Of a stretch of 64,000 nucleotides of DNA, positions 36,715-46,413 are shown piece by piece (positions within the stretch are counted from its first letter, which is position 1; each line of letters begins with the position of its first letter). The stretch is from the NCBI GenBank assembly GCA_003635265.1, contig PYIZ01000010.1:258626-322625 (forward strand). Reading direction: 5' to 3'. The stretch is from Candidatus Poribacteria bacterium (lineage in GTDB: Bacteria; Poribacteria; WGA-4E; PCPOR2b). Made by a program: the position numbers and the translations under genes. The notes under the pieces are model-generated. The model was not told the DNA's origin. It saw nothing but the letters and a program-made list of their open reading frames with translations, and ran no database searches.

Positions 36715-38058
36715 ATGAAAATTCTTGCAACCGCAACTTTCGTTATCGCATACCTGATCCTAGTCTGTGGATGCCAACCATCATTCAAACAGGTTTTTGT
36801 GGAGGGGAGTGAAATCGACAAGCAGCTTGTCAACTATGCCCTCCCCGAAAATGGTGGTGTGATCTATGTCTCTCAAGATAACCCCGATCATCCAGCTAGA
36901 ACCTTGACAAACGGAATTGTTGGTTCTGAAAACTGGGATCACGGCGAGGGTTGGGAATCAAAGTTTGATGGTGAATATGAATATGGTGGATACATAGAAC
37001 CCGGAGAACGTGAGCGGCTAGCGGTCTCCATTGGGGGAGGCAGAGCAGCACGTCAGCGTGAGGATGCGAACCAACCCGATTACAGAAGTCGAGACCTTTA
37101 CGGCGGCGGGATACAGGGCACTGCTTCTACGGCGGTAGGGTGGGTGGTTATTCAACTCGCAGCAGAAGAACTAGTAACCCGTGTCATCGTCCACACCGTC
37201 GATTCAGAAAAGTATCCCGCCAGCCAGTACGGCATCAGCGATTTTGCTGTGCAATATTGGACGCCACACGCAAACACATGGAAGCATGTCGATCGGGTCG
37301 GAAAAAAAATTGGAGACCAACATAACAGCATCCGTAACAACACACAGGGACGGGTGGTTGTGCGTTTCAGACCGGTCCGGACATCGAAGATTCGTCTGCT
37401 TATCCGCTTGACAAACGACACGGAGACCTACGCCAAAAGGCGTTCCATGGGCTACACTCAAGGAATGCTCAGTCGTATCCGTCTCCGATCTATGCGCGGG
37501 ACAATTCGCCTCACAGAAATCGAGATCTATGGACTTGAAAAGAAAGACGAAGTCGCATCAATGACATCAAGTGAAGATGACCTTAATGAACGACTTCTTG
37601 ATGAGATTTTCGCAGTAGATTCCGACGTGCCTGCGTCGTCCTCGAATTCTTCCGCATCGGCTGCTGAAGATTTTCCCCATCCCGAAATAGGTGTGCCGAC
37701 CAATCCACAGGAATCCATTGAAGCCGTTATCCAGAGGTATACATTGGCTTACAGCAGCCGCGATCTATCCGCATTGATGGCGACCATATCGCCTAAGTAC
37801 TCAAGAGATGGCGAAAATTACGAGCAACTGCGTAAAAAAATGGCGGGGGTGTTCCAAAGATATACGCAGATCGATTTTTCGTTGCAAAGATTGCGGGTTC
37901 AAGCCGAAACTCAAACGGCAACGGTTGACGCCGACTACGCAGTTGCCCTAACTGCTGCGGGAGGTTCACCTTTAACACTTTCAGGCAAGCTGTTTTTTGC
38001 ATTGATTGAGTCCAAAAACGGGTGGCAGATTTCAAGCATCAACGCCCAAGGACGATAA
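36715..38058 (+). CDS. hypothetical lipoprotein (galactose-binding-like middle domain, SnoaL/NTF2-like C-terminal domain suspected)
   Basis: Lipobox LILVCGC. The domain assignments are from pattern only and are low certainty. Confidence 0.4.
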   Translation: MKILATATFVIAYLILVCGCQPSFKQVFVEGSEIDKQLVNYALPENGGVIYVSQDNPDHPARTLTNGIVGSENWDHGEGWESKFDGEYEYGGYIEPGERERLAVSIGGGRAARQREDANQPDYRSRDLYGGGIQGTASTAVGWVVIQLAAEELVTRVIVHTVDSEKYPASQYGISDFAVQYWTPHANTWKHVDRVGKKIGDQHNSIRNNTQGRVVVRFRPVRTSKIRLLIRLTNDTETYAKRRSMGYTQGMLSRIRLRSMRGTIRLTEIEIYGLEKKDEVASMTSSEDDLNERLLDEIFAVDSDVPASSSNSSASAAEDFPHPEIGVPTNPQESIEAVIQRYTLAYSSRDLSALMATISPKYSRDGENYEQLRKKMAGVFQRYTQIDFSLQRLRVQAETQTATVDADYAVALTAAGGSPLTLSGKLFFALIESKNGWQISSINAQGR

Positions 38059-38083
38059 CATTAACTCTGGAAACCCCTCTTTT

Positions 38084-38995
38084 ATGCTACGAGTTCCGCG
38101 CCTCCACTCCGAAGATCCAAGGATCAGAGACCACCATACAGCCCATAGCTTCTTTATCCCAATCCGACGGGGGTTTGTATCGTACATCCTGCCGACGGTT
38201 CTGTGCTTGTTAGTTGTGCTCAATGGATGCGGAGGCGCAGCGACTAGTTTCCAGTTATCCCCCGCTGACGCCGAAAAATTGAACCCAATTCTCGCGGAGC
38301 TTCAGTTGAGTTATGATCTGACATCGACCTTAAGAATACTGCAGCTAATCGTGACCATCGAGGAAGAGGGTAAAAAAGAGGAAGTCAGAGAATCCCTCTG
38401 GTACAAGAAATCCGACGTGGACGGCGATCTGCTGCACATTCAAGCGATGGGTCCCCTGAATGAACCACGAGTGGTGGCTATCGCTGCCCGAAACCAGTTT
38501 CTACTTTATTTCGTCAATGAGGAAGAGGTTATTTTTGAACCGTTAGAGGATCAGGTTCTCCAAGAAATTTTTGGAGTAGATCTTCGGGTTTCTGATGTTC
38601 GTAGCGCGATTTTCGCTAACCCCTTCCTCGATGGACGGACTAGCGAGTTATCGCTATCCCATTCCGGCGCAAAATATGTGGTGAGGCGTCCCGGCATCGC
38701 AGCCGGTCAGATTGAGCAGATTACAATCTTTGTGCGTAATTCCGAACCACAACTCAGCGATTGGGAAGTCCGTGATTCCAGTGCTACGATTATTCAGCGC
38801 GCAAAGTTCTCAGACTATCGAGAGGTCGGCGGTATTCTCCGCCCCCATAAAATTGAGATTGAGCGCCCCATCGAGAAGACGCAAGTCGAACTGAAAATCA
38901 TAAAGCCTGAAATCAACCTTGATATCAACGACAGTAAGTTTGAGTTTGAGCGATTTTTGCAGCCCGGCATAAAGCGCCGATCTTTGGGGAAATAG
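38084..38995 (+). CDS. hypothetical lipoprotein immediately upstream of ispE (the position lolB occupies in proteobacteria)
   Basis: The start was trimmed to an ATG after the upstream stop. Lipobox VVLNGCGG. Any link to LolB is by position only. Confidence 0.4.
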   Translation: MLRVPRLHSEDPRIRDHHTAHSFFIPIRRGFVSYILPTVLCLLVVLNGCGGAATSFQLSPADAEKLNPILAELQLSYDLTSTLRILQLIVTIEEEGKKEEVRESLWYKKSDVDGDLLHIQAMGPLNEPRVVAIAARNQFLLYFVNEEEVIFEPLEDQVLQEIFGVDLRVSDVRSAIFANPFLDGRTSELSLSHSGAKYVVRRPGIAAGQIEQITIFVRNSEPQLSDWEVRDSSATIIQRAKFSDYREVGGILRPHKIEIERPIEKTQVELKIIKPEINLDINDSKFEFERFLQPGIKRRSLGK

Positions 38996-38996
38996 C

Positions 38997-39881
38997 ATGG
39001 CAACGTTCGACTTGCGCGTACAAGCACACGCGAAGATTAATCTGTACCTCGACATTATTGGGAAACGCCCCGATGGGTATCACGAAATCGAAACAATCTT
39101 CCATTCTATCGGGCTGCATGACGAGATCTACCTCCGTAAACGCACCGATAGACAGATTACAGTGCACTGCGAACACCCACATGTGCCGTGTGACCCACGT
39201 AACCTTGCCTATCGCGCTGCAAAGCTGCTGCTTGACGATAAGCCGGATCTGAGCGGTGTCGAAATTATGATCCTGAAACGGATACCGGTTGCAGCAGGGC
39301 TTGGCGGAGGTAGTGCAGATGCCGCTGCAGTGCTTTGTGGGGTGAATGCCCTCTTTGACCTCGGTTTGACCCAGAGGGATCTAATGCAGTTGGGTGTACA
39401 ACTTGGCGCAGATGTGCCGTTCTGTATACTGGGTGGCGCCGCCCTCGGACGCGGTATTGGTGAAATCTTAACACCATTACCTCCCATGGAGGAAACGTGG
39501 ATCTTGCTAGCAAACCCCGGCTTTGCGATTTCTACCGCTTGGGTTTACCAACAAATCAATTTATCATTGACTGTACCTAAAAAAAATGTTACAATTCTGG
39601 CTCGTTGTTTGCGGAATGGCGAGTTCATCAACATTGCGCGCCATCTCTATAACGGCTTAGAAGTACCTGCTCTGTCGAAATACCCCGCTGTCGCTAAGAT
39701 AAAAGCCAAACTCAACAAATACCCAAGCAGTTGCGGGGTGCTCATGTCAGGGAGCGGCGCAACGGTGTTTGCGCTCATGCAAAACCAAGTTCAAGCGCAT
39801 CGTGCTGCCCTGAACTTCGAGAACGACTTCGTTTTTTGCAGTGCAACCCCCATGAGTAGCGTGGGCGTGCGTATCTCTTGA
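38997..39881 (+). CDS. ispE: 4-diphosphocytidyl-2-C-methyl-D-erythritol kinase
   Basis: AHAKINLYLDIIGKRPDGYHEIETIF and GHMP motif PVAAGLGGGSADAAA. Confidence 0.9.
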   Translation: MATFDLRVQAHAKINLYLDIIGKRPDGYHEIETIFHSIGLHDEIYLRKRTDRQITVHCEHPHVPCDPRNLAYRAAKLLLDDKPDLSGVEIMILKRIPVAAGLGGGSADAAAVLCGVNALFDLGLTQRDLMQLGVQLGADVPFCILGGAALGRGIGEILTPLPPMEETWILLANPGFAISTAWVYQQINLSLTVPKKNVTILARCLRNGEFINIARHLYNGLEVPALSKYPAVAKIKAKLNKYPSSCGVLMSGSGATVFALMQNQVQAHRAALNFENDFVFCSATPMSSVGVRIS

Positions 39882-39953
39882 TGGGCGGTCGCCAAGCGGT
39901 AAGGCACGGGTCTTTGGCACCCGCATGCGTAGGTTCGATCCCTACCCGCCCAG
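39882..39953 (+). tRNA. tRNA-Gln (anticodon UUG)
   Basis: Hand-folded cloverleaf: 7-bp acceptor stem with U1-A72, D arm GCC/GGC, anticodon stem CGGGU/ACCCG with loop CUUUGGC (anticodon at 39914-39916), and T arm GUAGG-UUCGAUC-CCUAC. CCA is not encoded. It starts 1 nt after the ispE stop. Confidence 0.85.
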
Positions 39954-39962
39954 CATTTTTAC

Positions 39963-40003
39963 AAGCCGTAGCTATCGTCACAGCTACGGCTTTCTTTTGT
40001 TTT
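39963..40003 (+). terminator. rho-independent terminator after tRNA-Gln
   Basis: AAGCCGTAGCT-ATCGTCAC-AGCTACGGCTT followed by TCTTTTGTTTT. Confidence 0.65.
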
Positions 40004-40016
40004 GGAGGAATACAAC

Positions 40017-40691
40017 ATGCAACAAGTTAGACTTGAAGCCCAAAAACGGGAAACTGCCGGCAAAGGAGCCGCGCGTGGCATGCGACGTGCAGGGAATCTC
40101 CCCGGAGTCCTGTACGGTCGCAAGAACGAGGTTATCCCTATCCAAATTAATGCACGGGGATTTCAGGATTTTCTGCATAACTATGGGGAGAACGCCTTTA
40201 TCAATCTAGAAATCGCAGATCACGGCACCGAAAACGTCATGGTGAAAGAAATTCAGAGAGATCCGGTAAGCAATCAACTACTTCACACCGATCTCTTGCG
40301 GATCTCAATGGATGAACCGATCACCTCAGCCGCAACTATCGTCTTAGTCGGATCTGCCCCGGGAATCCAAGAGGGAGGAATCCTTGAGTTCCCACACCGA
40401 CAGCTAACGTTACACTGTCTTCCAACGCTTTTACCTGAAGAAATCGAGGTCGATATCAGCGAACTGTATATCGACGATAGGCTCTCTGTGGAAGATATTT
40501 CTCTGCCTGAAGAGATTGAAATCCTAGATGACCCGAACACACGGATTGTCGCTATTGTGCCGCCGAGGATTGAGGAAGAACCAGAAGCAGAAGTAGAAGA
40601 AGGTATGGAAGTAGAAGCGGAAGCCGACGAGGATGCGGAACCAGAGGTTATCTCTCGCCGTAGTGCTGATGACGAAGAGGATGAAGAATAA
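40017..40691 (+). CDS. rplY: 50S ribosomal protein L25/general stress protein Ctc with acidic tail
   Basis: The start was trimmed to the ATG 7 nt after GGAGGA. LEAQKRETAGKGAARGMRRAGNLPGVLYG is the typical L25 N-terminus. Confidence 0.85.
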   Translation: MQQVRLEAQKRETAGKGAARGMRRAGNLPGVLYGRKNEVIPIQINARGFQDFLHNYGENAFINLEIADHGTENVMVKEIQRDPVSNQLLHTDLLRISMDEPITSAATIVLVGSAPGIQEGGILEFPHRQLTLHCLPTLLPEEIEVDISELYIDDRLSVEDISLPEEIEILDDPNTRIVAIVPPRIEEEPEAEVEEGMEVEAEADEDAEPEVISRRSADDEEDEE

Positions 40692-40881
40692 GTAGTGGAA
40701 CCTTGCCTCCAAGTTATCCACTACGTTATTGCCTTGGGTAGATAACATCGTCCCTCTATATATGCTACACTAGGACGTCAGAATAAATCGTGATAAGTGA
40801 AGTAGACCTTTGGTCAATTTCGATAGAATTTTAGCCCGATCATCGGAAAAACGCTACTACAATTCTGCAGTTAGGTGCCTA

Positions 40882-42036
40882 ATGGTGCGTCAATTCATTC
40901 TATCCATTGCCATTCTGCTATTGAGTTTATTCAGCCATAGCTTTGCTCAATCGTCACTAATGCGTTTTGTTGATGGAAGCGGCAATACCCTTGCCCAAGC
41001 GCAGATTATTGAGCAGGACGGTGGATTGTATCTGCCAATTCAGACGTTGCGGGAAGCATTTGATCCGGGAATGAAGCAACAGTACATCGAGCTGACGAAG
41101 CGGCTGACCTTGAACCTCAAGGAGAAGCAGCTCCGTCTGCGAATTGGATCACTAGCTGTTAGCGCCGATTCGGACGAAACACAATTGTCGCTTGCTCACC
41201 CGCCACGGATCATTGAGGGGCAATTGATGCTTCCCCTCTCATTTTTCACCGATCTTCTGCCCGAGATATACGATTTTCGGGTCACCCATAATCCCGTAAT
41301 CCAAACGATACACATTACTGACAAGGCTGCACCGCTCCCTGAGCTCACCACCGACACAGCTACGGAAGGTCCAGCAAAATTTCTGGTCATTCTCGATCCC
41401 GGACACGGTGGGGCAGATACAGGTTATCGAGGCACCACACTGCGGGCGGAGAAAGATATTGTGCTTGACCTTGCCAAAAAGATCGAGGAGGTAGCTCGTC
41501 AGAATCAGGTAGCGGTCCTATTGACACGGGATGCAGATTTTGAGCAGCGTCCGAGAGAGCGAATCGATATTGCACAGAATAATCTAGGAAAGCTCTTTTT
41601 GAGCCTACACTGTAACGCCTCTTTTTCACAACACGCAGCTGGGATCCATCTCTATGTTAGTAATTCCTTGGGCATCACCTACGTAGACCGTCCACCAACC
41701 AATCCAAGCAGAGCTTCACAGAACAGCGTGACTATCGAAACTCTCTCCCAAGAAAACTTCCTGAAACAAAGTCGGCAGTTCGCTACGATTCTCCAGACAG
41801 AATTGGAAAAACTCTCCCCTGCACCAATTCCCCTGAGTGAGCTACCACTGGCAACGTTGGCAGCAGTCTATATGCCAGCAGTTCTTATTGAAATAGGTTA
41901 TCTATCTAACGAAGCCGACGAAGCACGACTCGCTGACCCTGAGAACCTTGCCTTAATCGCAGCAGGGATAGTGCAGGCAATCCAAACGTATGTCACAGAA
42001 TCGGATCAGGCGGAGGCAACTGCAAATGGCAGATAA
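40882..42036 (+). CDS. N-acetylmuramoyl-L-alanine amidase (AmiC-like)
   Basis: The start was trimmed to the signal peptide MVRQFILSIAILLLSLFSHSFA. Amidase_3 motifs VILDPGHGGADTG and SLHCNA are present. Confidence 0.8.
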   Translation: MVRQFILSIAILLLSLFSHSFAQSSLMRFVDGSGNTLAQAQIIEQDGGLYLPIQTLREAFDPGMKQQYIELTKRLTLNLKEKQLRLRIGSLAVSADSDETQLSLAHPPRIIEGQLMLPLSFFTDLLPEIYDFRVTHNPVIQTIHITDKAAPLPELTTDTATEGPAKFLVILDPGHGGADTGYRGTTLRAEKDIVLDLAKKIEEVARQNQVAVLLTRDADFEQRPRERIDIAQNNLGKLFLSLHCNASFSQHAAGIHLYVSNSLGITYVDRPPTNPSRASQNSVTIETLSQENFLKQSRQFATILQTELEKLSPAPIPLSELPLATLAAVYMPAVLIEIGYLSNEADEARLADPENLALIAAGIVQAIQTYVTESDQAEATANGR

Positions 42037-42040
42037 AGCG

Positions 42041-42742
42041 ATGCACAAAAATCTGAAATCCATGCAGATTCGGCAAATTGTAATTTCAACCGCCACCCTC
42101 GCAATCGGCATTGCTATCTTTGTGATATTTATATCATGTGATTCTCAACAGAACGATCCAACGCCGGCACCTCCTCCTTCACCTATTGTCATCTCCGAAC
42201 TGACACAAACGCAAATCCAGAAATGCACGCTCTTTTTTTTTGATACCAACTCGCTCAGACTCGCCGGTGAAGAGCGAGAGTTGAATCTATCCCAAGATGT
42301 CACTGAACGCCTCAAACAGACTATCAACGAACTCCTCAAGGATTCGATCAGCGGCTTGTACCAAACCATTCCCCAAGGCACCCTTCTCTATGAAGTCTAT
42401 GTCGATGAACAATCCACGGTGTATTTAGATTTTTCACACCACCTCAAAGACGAACATATCGGCGGCACAACCAGCGAAGCCCTCACCGTAGCCGCAATTC
42501 TCCGAACTGTTAAGGTAAATTTCCCGGACGAGATTAGAAAGGTGCAGATTCTCATTGAGGGACTTGAAACAGATACGATTGGAGGGCATGTCGATATTTC
42601 AAAGCCCTTGAGTCTTTCATTGGATTTGGAAGTTGTGAGCAGGCAGGGAGAGTCAATAGAAGCAGAGTCAACAGAAATTGAACCGACGGAAGCCGAGATA
42701 CTGGAAGCAGACACAGCTAGCGAGTGGGAAACAGATCGATAG
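42041..42742 (+). CDS. GerMN-domain protein (membrane anchored)
   Basis: The pattern YEVYVDEQSTVYLDFS...GGTTSEALTVAAILRTVKVNFPDEIRKVQILIEG is typical of GerM-like domains. It is adjacent to the amidase. Confidence 0.5.
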   Translation: MHKNLKSMQIRQIVISTATLAIGIAIFVIFISCDSQQNDPTPAPPPSPIVISELTQTQIQKCTLFFFDTNSLRLAGEERELNLSQDVTERLKQTINELLKDSISGLYQTIPQGTLLYEVYVDEQSTVYLDFSHHLKDEHIGGTTSEALTVAAILRTVKVNFPDEIRKVQILIEGLETDTIGGHVDISKPLSLSLDLEVVSRQGESIEAESTEIEPTEAEILEADTASEWETDR

Positions 42743-42800
42743 AGTCGTCTCTCAGAATAGGAAGATCCCTCCAAAGGTTGCCTTAAACTAGAGTCCCATA

Positions 42801-43391
42801 ATGTCTACGTCAACAAAACTAATCGTTGGACTCGGAAACCCCGGTTCCCGATACGAAAACACCAAGCATAATCTCGGGTTTTGGGTTGTCGACGAACTTC
42901 TCCGTAGATTGCAGTTAAATCGGTTAGCGGCCTTGTGCCAGTCGCTTGTTGCGCGAGCAGAATGGCGCGACTCCGAGGTTATCCTTGCCAAACCGATGAC
43001 CTATATGAACAATAGCGGACAGGCTGTCAACATGCTCGTTCAGAAATTTGATATTTTCCCACAGGATCTATGCGTGGTCTACGATGACTTGAACCTAGAC
43101 ATCGGTGTGTTGCGGATGAGAAAGGCAGGAAGCGACGGCGGTCATAATGGAATGAAGTCAATTATCCACCGTCTTGGCACACAGGATTTTCCCCGTTTGC
43201 GTGTAGGAATCGGAAAAGTGGAAGGAGATTGGATGGATCACGTTCTCAACGAATTTTCTGCCAACGAGAGAGAGGATATCGGTTGGGCGATCCCCTGTGC
43301 AGCCGACGCTATTGAAACATTTGTAAAAGAGGGAGTTCAAACAGCAATGAACCGTTTTAACGGCTGTGCTCCCCCAAAACATGAGCCTTAA
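42801..43391 (+). CDS. pth: peptidyl-tRNA hydrolase
   Basis: LIVGLGNPGSRYENTKHNLGF and GHNGMKSI motifs. Confidence 0.9.
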   Translation: MSTSTKLIVGLGNPGSRYENTKHNLGFWVVDELLRRLQLNRLAALCQSLVARAEWRDSEVILAKPMTYMNNSGQAVNMLVQKFDIFPQDLCVVYDDLNLDIGVLRMRKAGSDGGHNGMKSIIHRLGTQDFPRLRVGIGKVEGDWMDHVLNEFSANEREDIGWAIPCAADAIETFVKEGVQTAMNRFNGCAPPKHEP

Positions 43392-43424
43392 CCGAGCCGC
43401 TGGTCAACGTTTGAGAAAACGGGG

Positions 43425-44423
43425 TTAGGGCATGAGGGTCGAGTCCTCCCTCTTCTCCTCACTTCGCAGCGAAACATAGCTCAAATAACGAACATCACTG
43501 ATTTCACCCGCGTTGACTGCATCGGTAACCGCGCATCCGGGTTCAGATATGTGAATACAGTCTGCGTATTTGCACTCGCCAAGATACCTTTCCATCTCCG
43601 GGAAATAGAGGTCAAGGTTCTCCGTATCAACACCCCACAAGCCAACCTCTCGAATGCCCGGTGTATCCGCCACCTCGCCTCCAAAATCTAACCAGAAAAG
43701 TTCGACCAATGTTGTTGTATGCCTACCCTTCCCCGTTTTCAGACCCACTTCTCCGACACGCAAACCCAGTCCCGGCTGAACCGCGTTTAGCAGGCTTGAT
43801 TTCCCCACACCTGACGCACCAACGATAACGCTGAACTTATCCCTTAATGCGTCTCGAAAGGGTTCAATGCTCTGTGGCTGATGGATACTAGTAAAAATCA
43901 CCGGATACCCAAGTTCTTCGTAGGCACTCAGAATAGCTCCTAACTTTCGCTGCTCCAATGAATCAATGAGATCGACCTTATTCAGGCAGACCACCGCCTC
44001 CATCTCTCCCACCTCTGCCAAAATTAGGAATCGATCCAAGAAACGAAGGTTAAGGTCAGGCAGACGAGTTGAGAGTACAATACCCACCTGATTCGCATTC
44101 GCAACCACAATCTGTTCAATTGCGTCGCGCTTGCCGGGGTATCTGCGCGAAAATTTTGTCCGCCGTGGCAAAATCTCCTCAATTACCCCCTCCTCATTCT
44201 CGAGCGGCGTCACAAGTACCTCATCCCCAACGGCAACGGGATCCGCGTAGATTTGCCTGCCCTCCGCAGATCTCTGCGCACGCTTGACGCGTCCGCGCAG
44301 CTGACAACGAAGCACCGCACCGCCGTCTTGAACATCATAGAAGCTGGTTCTGGCTCGAATGACTCGCCCTTGAATCGTACCCATAGCCAACATTGAAGAT
44401 TGTAGGTTGAAGCCTTGTACCAA
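43425..44423 (-). CDS. rsgA: ribosome small subunit-dependent GTPase A
   Basis: Circularly permuted GTPase: NKVDL, then GASGVGKSSLLN, then Zn motif C..CxH..EPGCAV. The true start may be an internal Met. Confidence 0.85.
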   Translation of the reverse strand: MVQGFNLQSSMLAMGTIQGRVIRARTSFYDVQDGGAVLRCQLRGRVKRAQRSAEGRQIYADPVAVGDEVLVTPLENEEGVIEEILPRRTKFSRRYPGKRDAIEQIVVANANQVGIVLSTRLPDLNLRFLDRFLILAEVGEMEAVVCLNKVDLIDSLEQRKLGAILSAYEELGYPVIFTSIHQPQSIEPFRDALRDKFSVIVGASGVGKSSLLNAVQPGLGLRVGEVGLKTGKGRHTTTLVELFWLDFGGEVADTPGIREVGLWGVDTENLDLYFPEMERYLGECKYADCIHISEPGCAVTDAVNAGEISDVRYLSYVSLRSEEKREDSTLMP

Positions 44424-44465
44424 TTGCAGCGGCTAAATCATTTATACCGAACATAGAAAATCGGT

Positions 44466-45233
44466 CTAGATATACGCTTTCATCGTCCGGAGGGCAGTCT
44501 CCACATCGGCATCAAAATCATCAAAACTGCACTCACAGGAGACACGCCCATCGTAACCAGCCCCCTCAAGGGCAGTAAAGAACTCCTCGAAATCGAAGTC
44601 ATCGTTGCCCGGATACGAGCGTTTGGCGGGTTCAGCGATGTGGACATGCGCCAACCACTCCGCCGCATAAATGATGTCCTCCATCGGCTCATCTTCCTGC
44701 CAGACATGGTAGAGGTCTGCTAGCAACTGAACCCCCTCCCGGTTGACTCTCTGTGCCATTTGCAACCCGTCAGCGACTGTGCGGAGGATATTCCCCTCCC
44801 GGTGACAGATCGGTTCAATTACGATTGTAATATCGTTTGTTTCCGCGTGATCGGCAGCCATGTCCAAAAATTCCGCAATCTGACCCAATGCCCTCTCCTC
44901 CGAATAACCTTCCTCAAGATTGCGCGAGCCGCTGCTCCCATAGACAATAATCTCTCCACCGATCCCCTTCGCTCGACGACACGCAGTTTCGACATAACGT
45001 GATAATCGGGGAAAATCAACGGCATCCCCAACAACGCGCAGATCACCGGGAATAAAGCCTGAGTACGCTTCTGGCTTCAAATCAGACTGTGCCACGCGCT
45101 CCTGAATTGTCTGAAATTCTGCATCGCTTGCTTCCGGAATGAGCGCATTTTGCACTCCTAATTCGATGTAATCATAGCCTACCGCTGCGAGCCTATCAAT
45201 TTTGTCGAGCGGAGCGCAAATACCAAATCTCAT
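44466..45233 (-). CDS. sugar phosphate isomerase/epimerase (xylose isomerase-like TIM barrel)
   Basis: 255 aa. MRFGICAP...GYDYIEL and the IVIEPI / HVHIAE ligand pattern fit the family. Confidence 0.7.
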   Translation of the reverse strand: MRFGICAPLDKIDRLAAVGYDYIELGVQNALIPEASDAEFQTIQERVAQSDLKPEAYSGFIPGDLRVVGDAVDFPRLSRYVETACRRAKGIGGEIIVYGSSGSRNLEEGYSEERALGQIAEFLDMAADHAETNDITIVIEPICHREGNILRTVADGLQMAQRVNREGVQLLADLYHVWQEDEPMEDIIYAAEWLAHVHIAEPAKRSYPGNDDFDFEEFFTALEGAGYDGRVSCECSFDDFDADVETALRTMKAYI

Positions 45234-45282
45234 ACTGTTCTCCTCTGTGCTAAATTTGGTTCAAAGATAGATTGACATCCAT

Positions 45283-46311
45283 TTAGGCGCTATCACCAGC
45301 GATTTCTCGAACCTTTTCAAAGAAAGCCTTCTTACGTTCTGTGTTGAGTCCCCACTGCACAGGCACACTCTGGTAACCATCACAATAATTATTCTCGCCC
45401 GGATCAAAATAACCCCACGACGCATACTCGCTGATTGCAGCCACGAAGTTATTAAGCGGCTTATCGAAATCGAAGTGATCATCTTCGTTGAACAGAATTG
45501 GCATCGTTCGGTAGCCGGGCACCTGCCGCGCCTGCTGCACCATCTCTGCAATGCGGTTAGGGTCGCGGACACCGTTACCGTGCATCAGCAGAAAATCTGA
45601 TGTTCGCACGACGTTCTCCCGCGAGACTCTTCCCCCACCGTAACTCGTTCCAACAAGCAATCGCCGTCCATCGCGAGTTATCCCTTTAACCCGTTCAATT
45701 AACTCATGTACGCGGTCCGGCATCAAGATCTCGTGAATATATCGCTGAACGTTGCATTCATTGTTGACCTCAACGAGGACATTCGTATACTCCTGATCAA
45801 AAATCCAGTTGGTAACATTATCCACCCCACGAACTACCGCCGCCTCGTCACGAATACGTTCATCTTGCCCAAAATAGAAGTAACCCAAAATCACAACCAT
45901 CCCAAGTTCATCGGCACGATCGATGATACGGGTAAGTCGATCAATATAGTCGGGATTCAGGCTGCCATCGGCTTCAATCCCTGTATTGTGCCATGGCTGC
46001 CCCTTCGAGTATCCTTCGGGGCTGCCGCCTTGAAGATTGATTGTGAACGCCAATAAACCGTAGGATCTCCATTCTGGCATCGCCTCTAGAAACTCTCGCG
46101 TGTTCCTTTCCGCGTCCCACTCGCCGGTGTCAGGATATGCCCACATTCCAACAGTCTCTGGATTTCGATCGTCGAAAACCCCCTGCACCATCCGCGAATT
46201 GAGGAGTAACCCCTCGACCCTATGTCCATTATAAAACCGCCCCGGATAGGTGGTTTTTCCGTTGATATAAAACGCATCACCAACAATACTTATAGCAGTC
46301 TGTCTTTCCAT
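45283..46311 (-). CDS. putative glycoside hydrolase (TIM-barrel, GH5-like NE motif)
   Basis: VLVEVNNECN resembles the GH5 acid/base region. The family was not confirmed. Confidence 0.4.
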   Translation of the reverse strand: MERQTAISIVGDAFYINGKTTYPGRFYNGHRVEGLLLNSRMVQGVFDDRNPETVGMWAYPDTGEWDAERNTREFLEAMPEWRSYGLLAFTINLQGGSPEGYSKGQPWHNTGIEADGSLNPDYIDRLTRIIDRADELGMVVILGYFYFGQDERIRDEAAVVRGVDNVTNWIFDQEYTNVLVEVNNECNVQRYIHEILMPDRVHELIERVKGITRDGRRLLVGTSYGGGRVSRENVVRTSDFLLMHGNGVRDPNRIAEMVQQARQVPGYRTMPILFNEDDHFDFDKPLNNFVAAISEYASWGYFDPGENNYCDGYQSVPVQWGLNTERKKAFFEKVREIAGDSA

Positions 46312-46372
46312 ATAATTTCCTCTCTGAGTCTATATCAACTACTTAACCGTAAAGACCTAGGCTTGTGGTAGT

Positions 46373-46406
46373 GTAGGTTGGGTTGAACAGGAACTGTGAA
46401 ACCCAA
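46373..46406 (-). repeat. compact copy of the TTGGGTTTCAC / GTTCAACCCAACCTAC element
   Basis: Exact reverse complements of the 16-mer (46373-46388) and 11-mer (46396-46406) seen at 17089-17188, here only 7 nt apart. Confidence 0.5.
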
Positions 46407-46413
46407 TTCAATC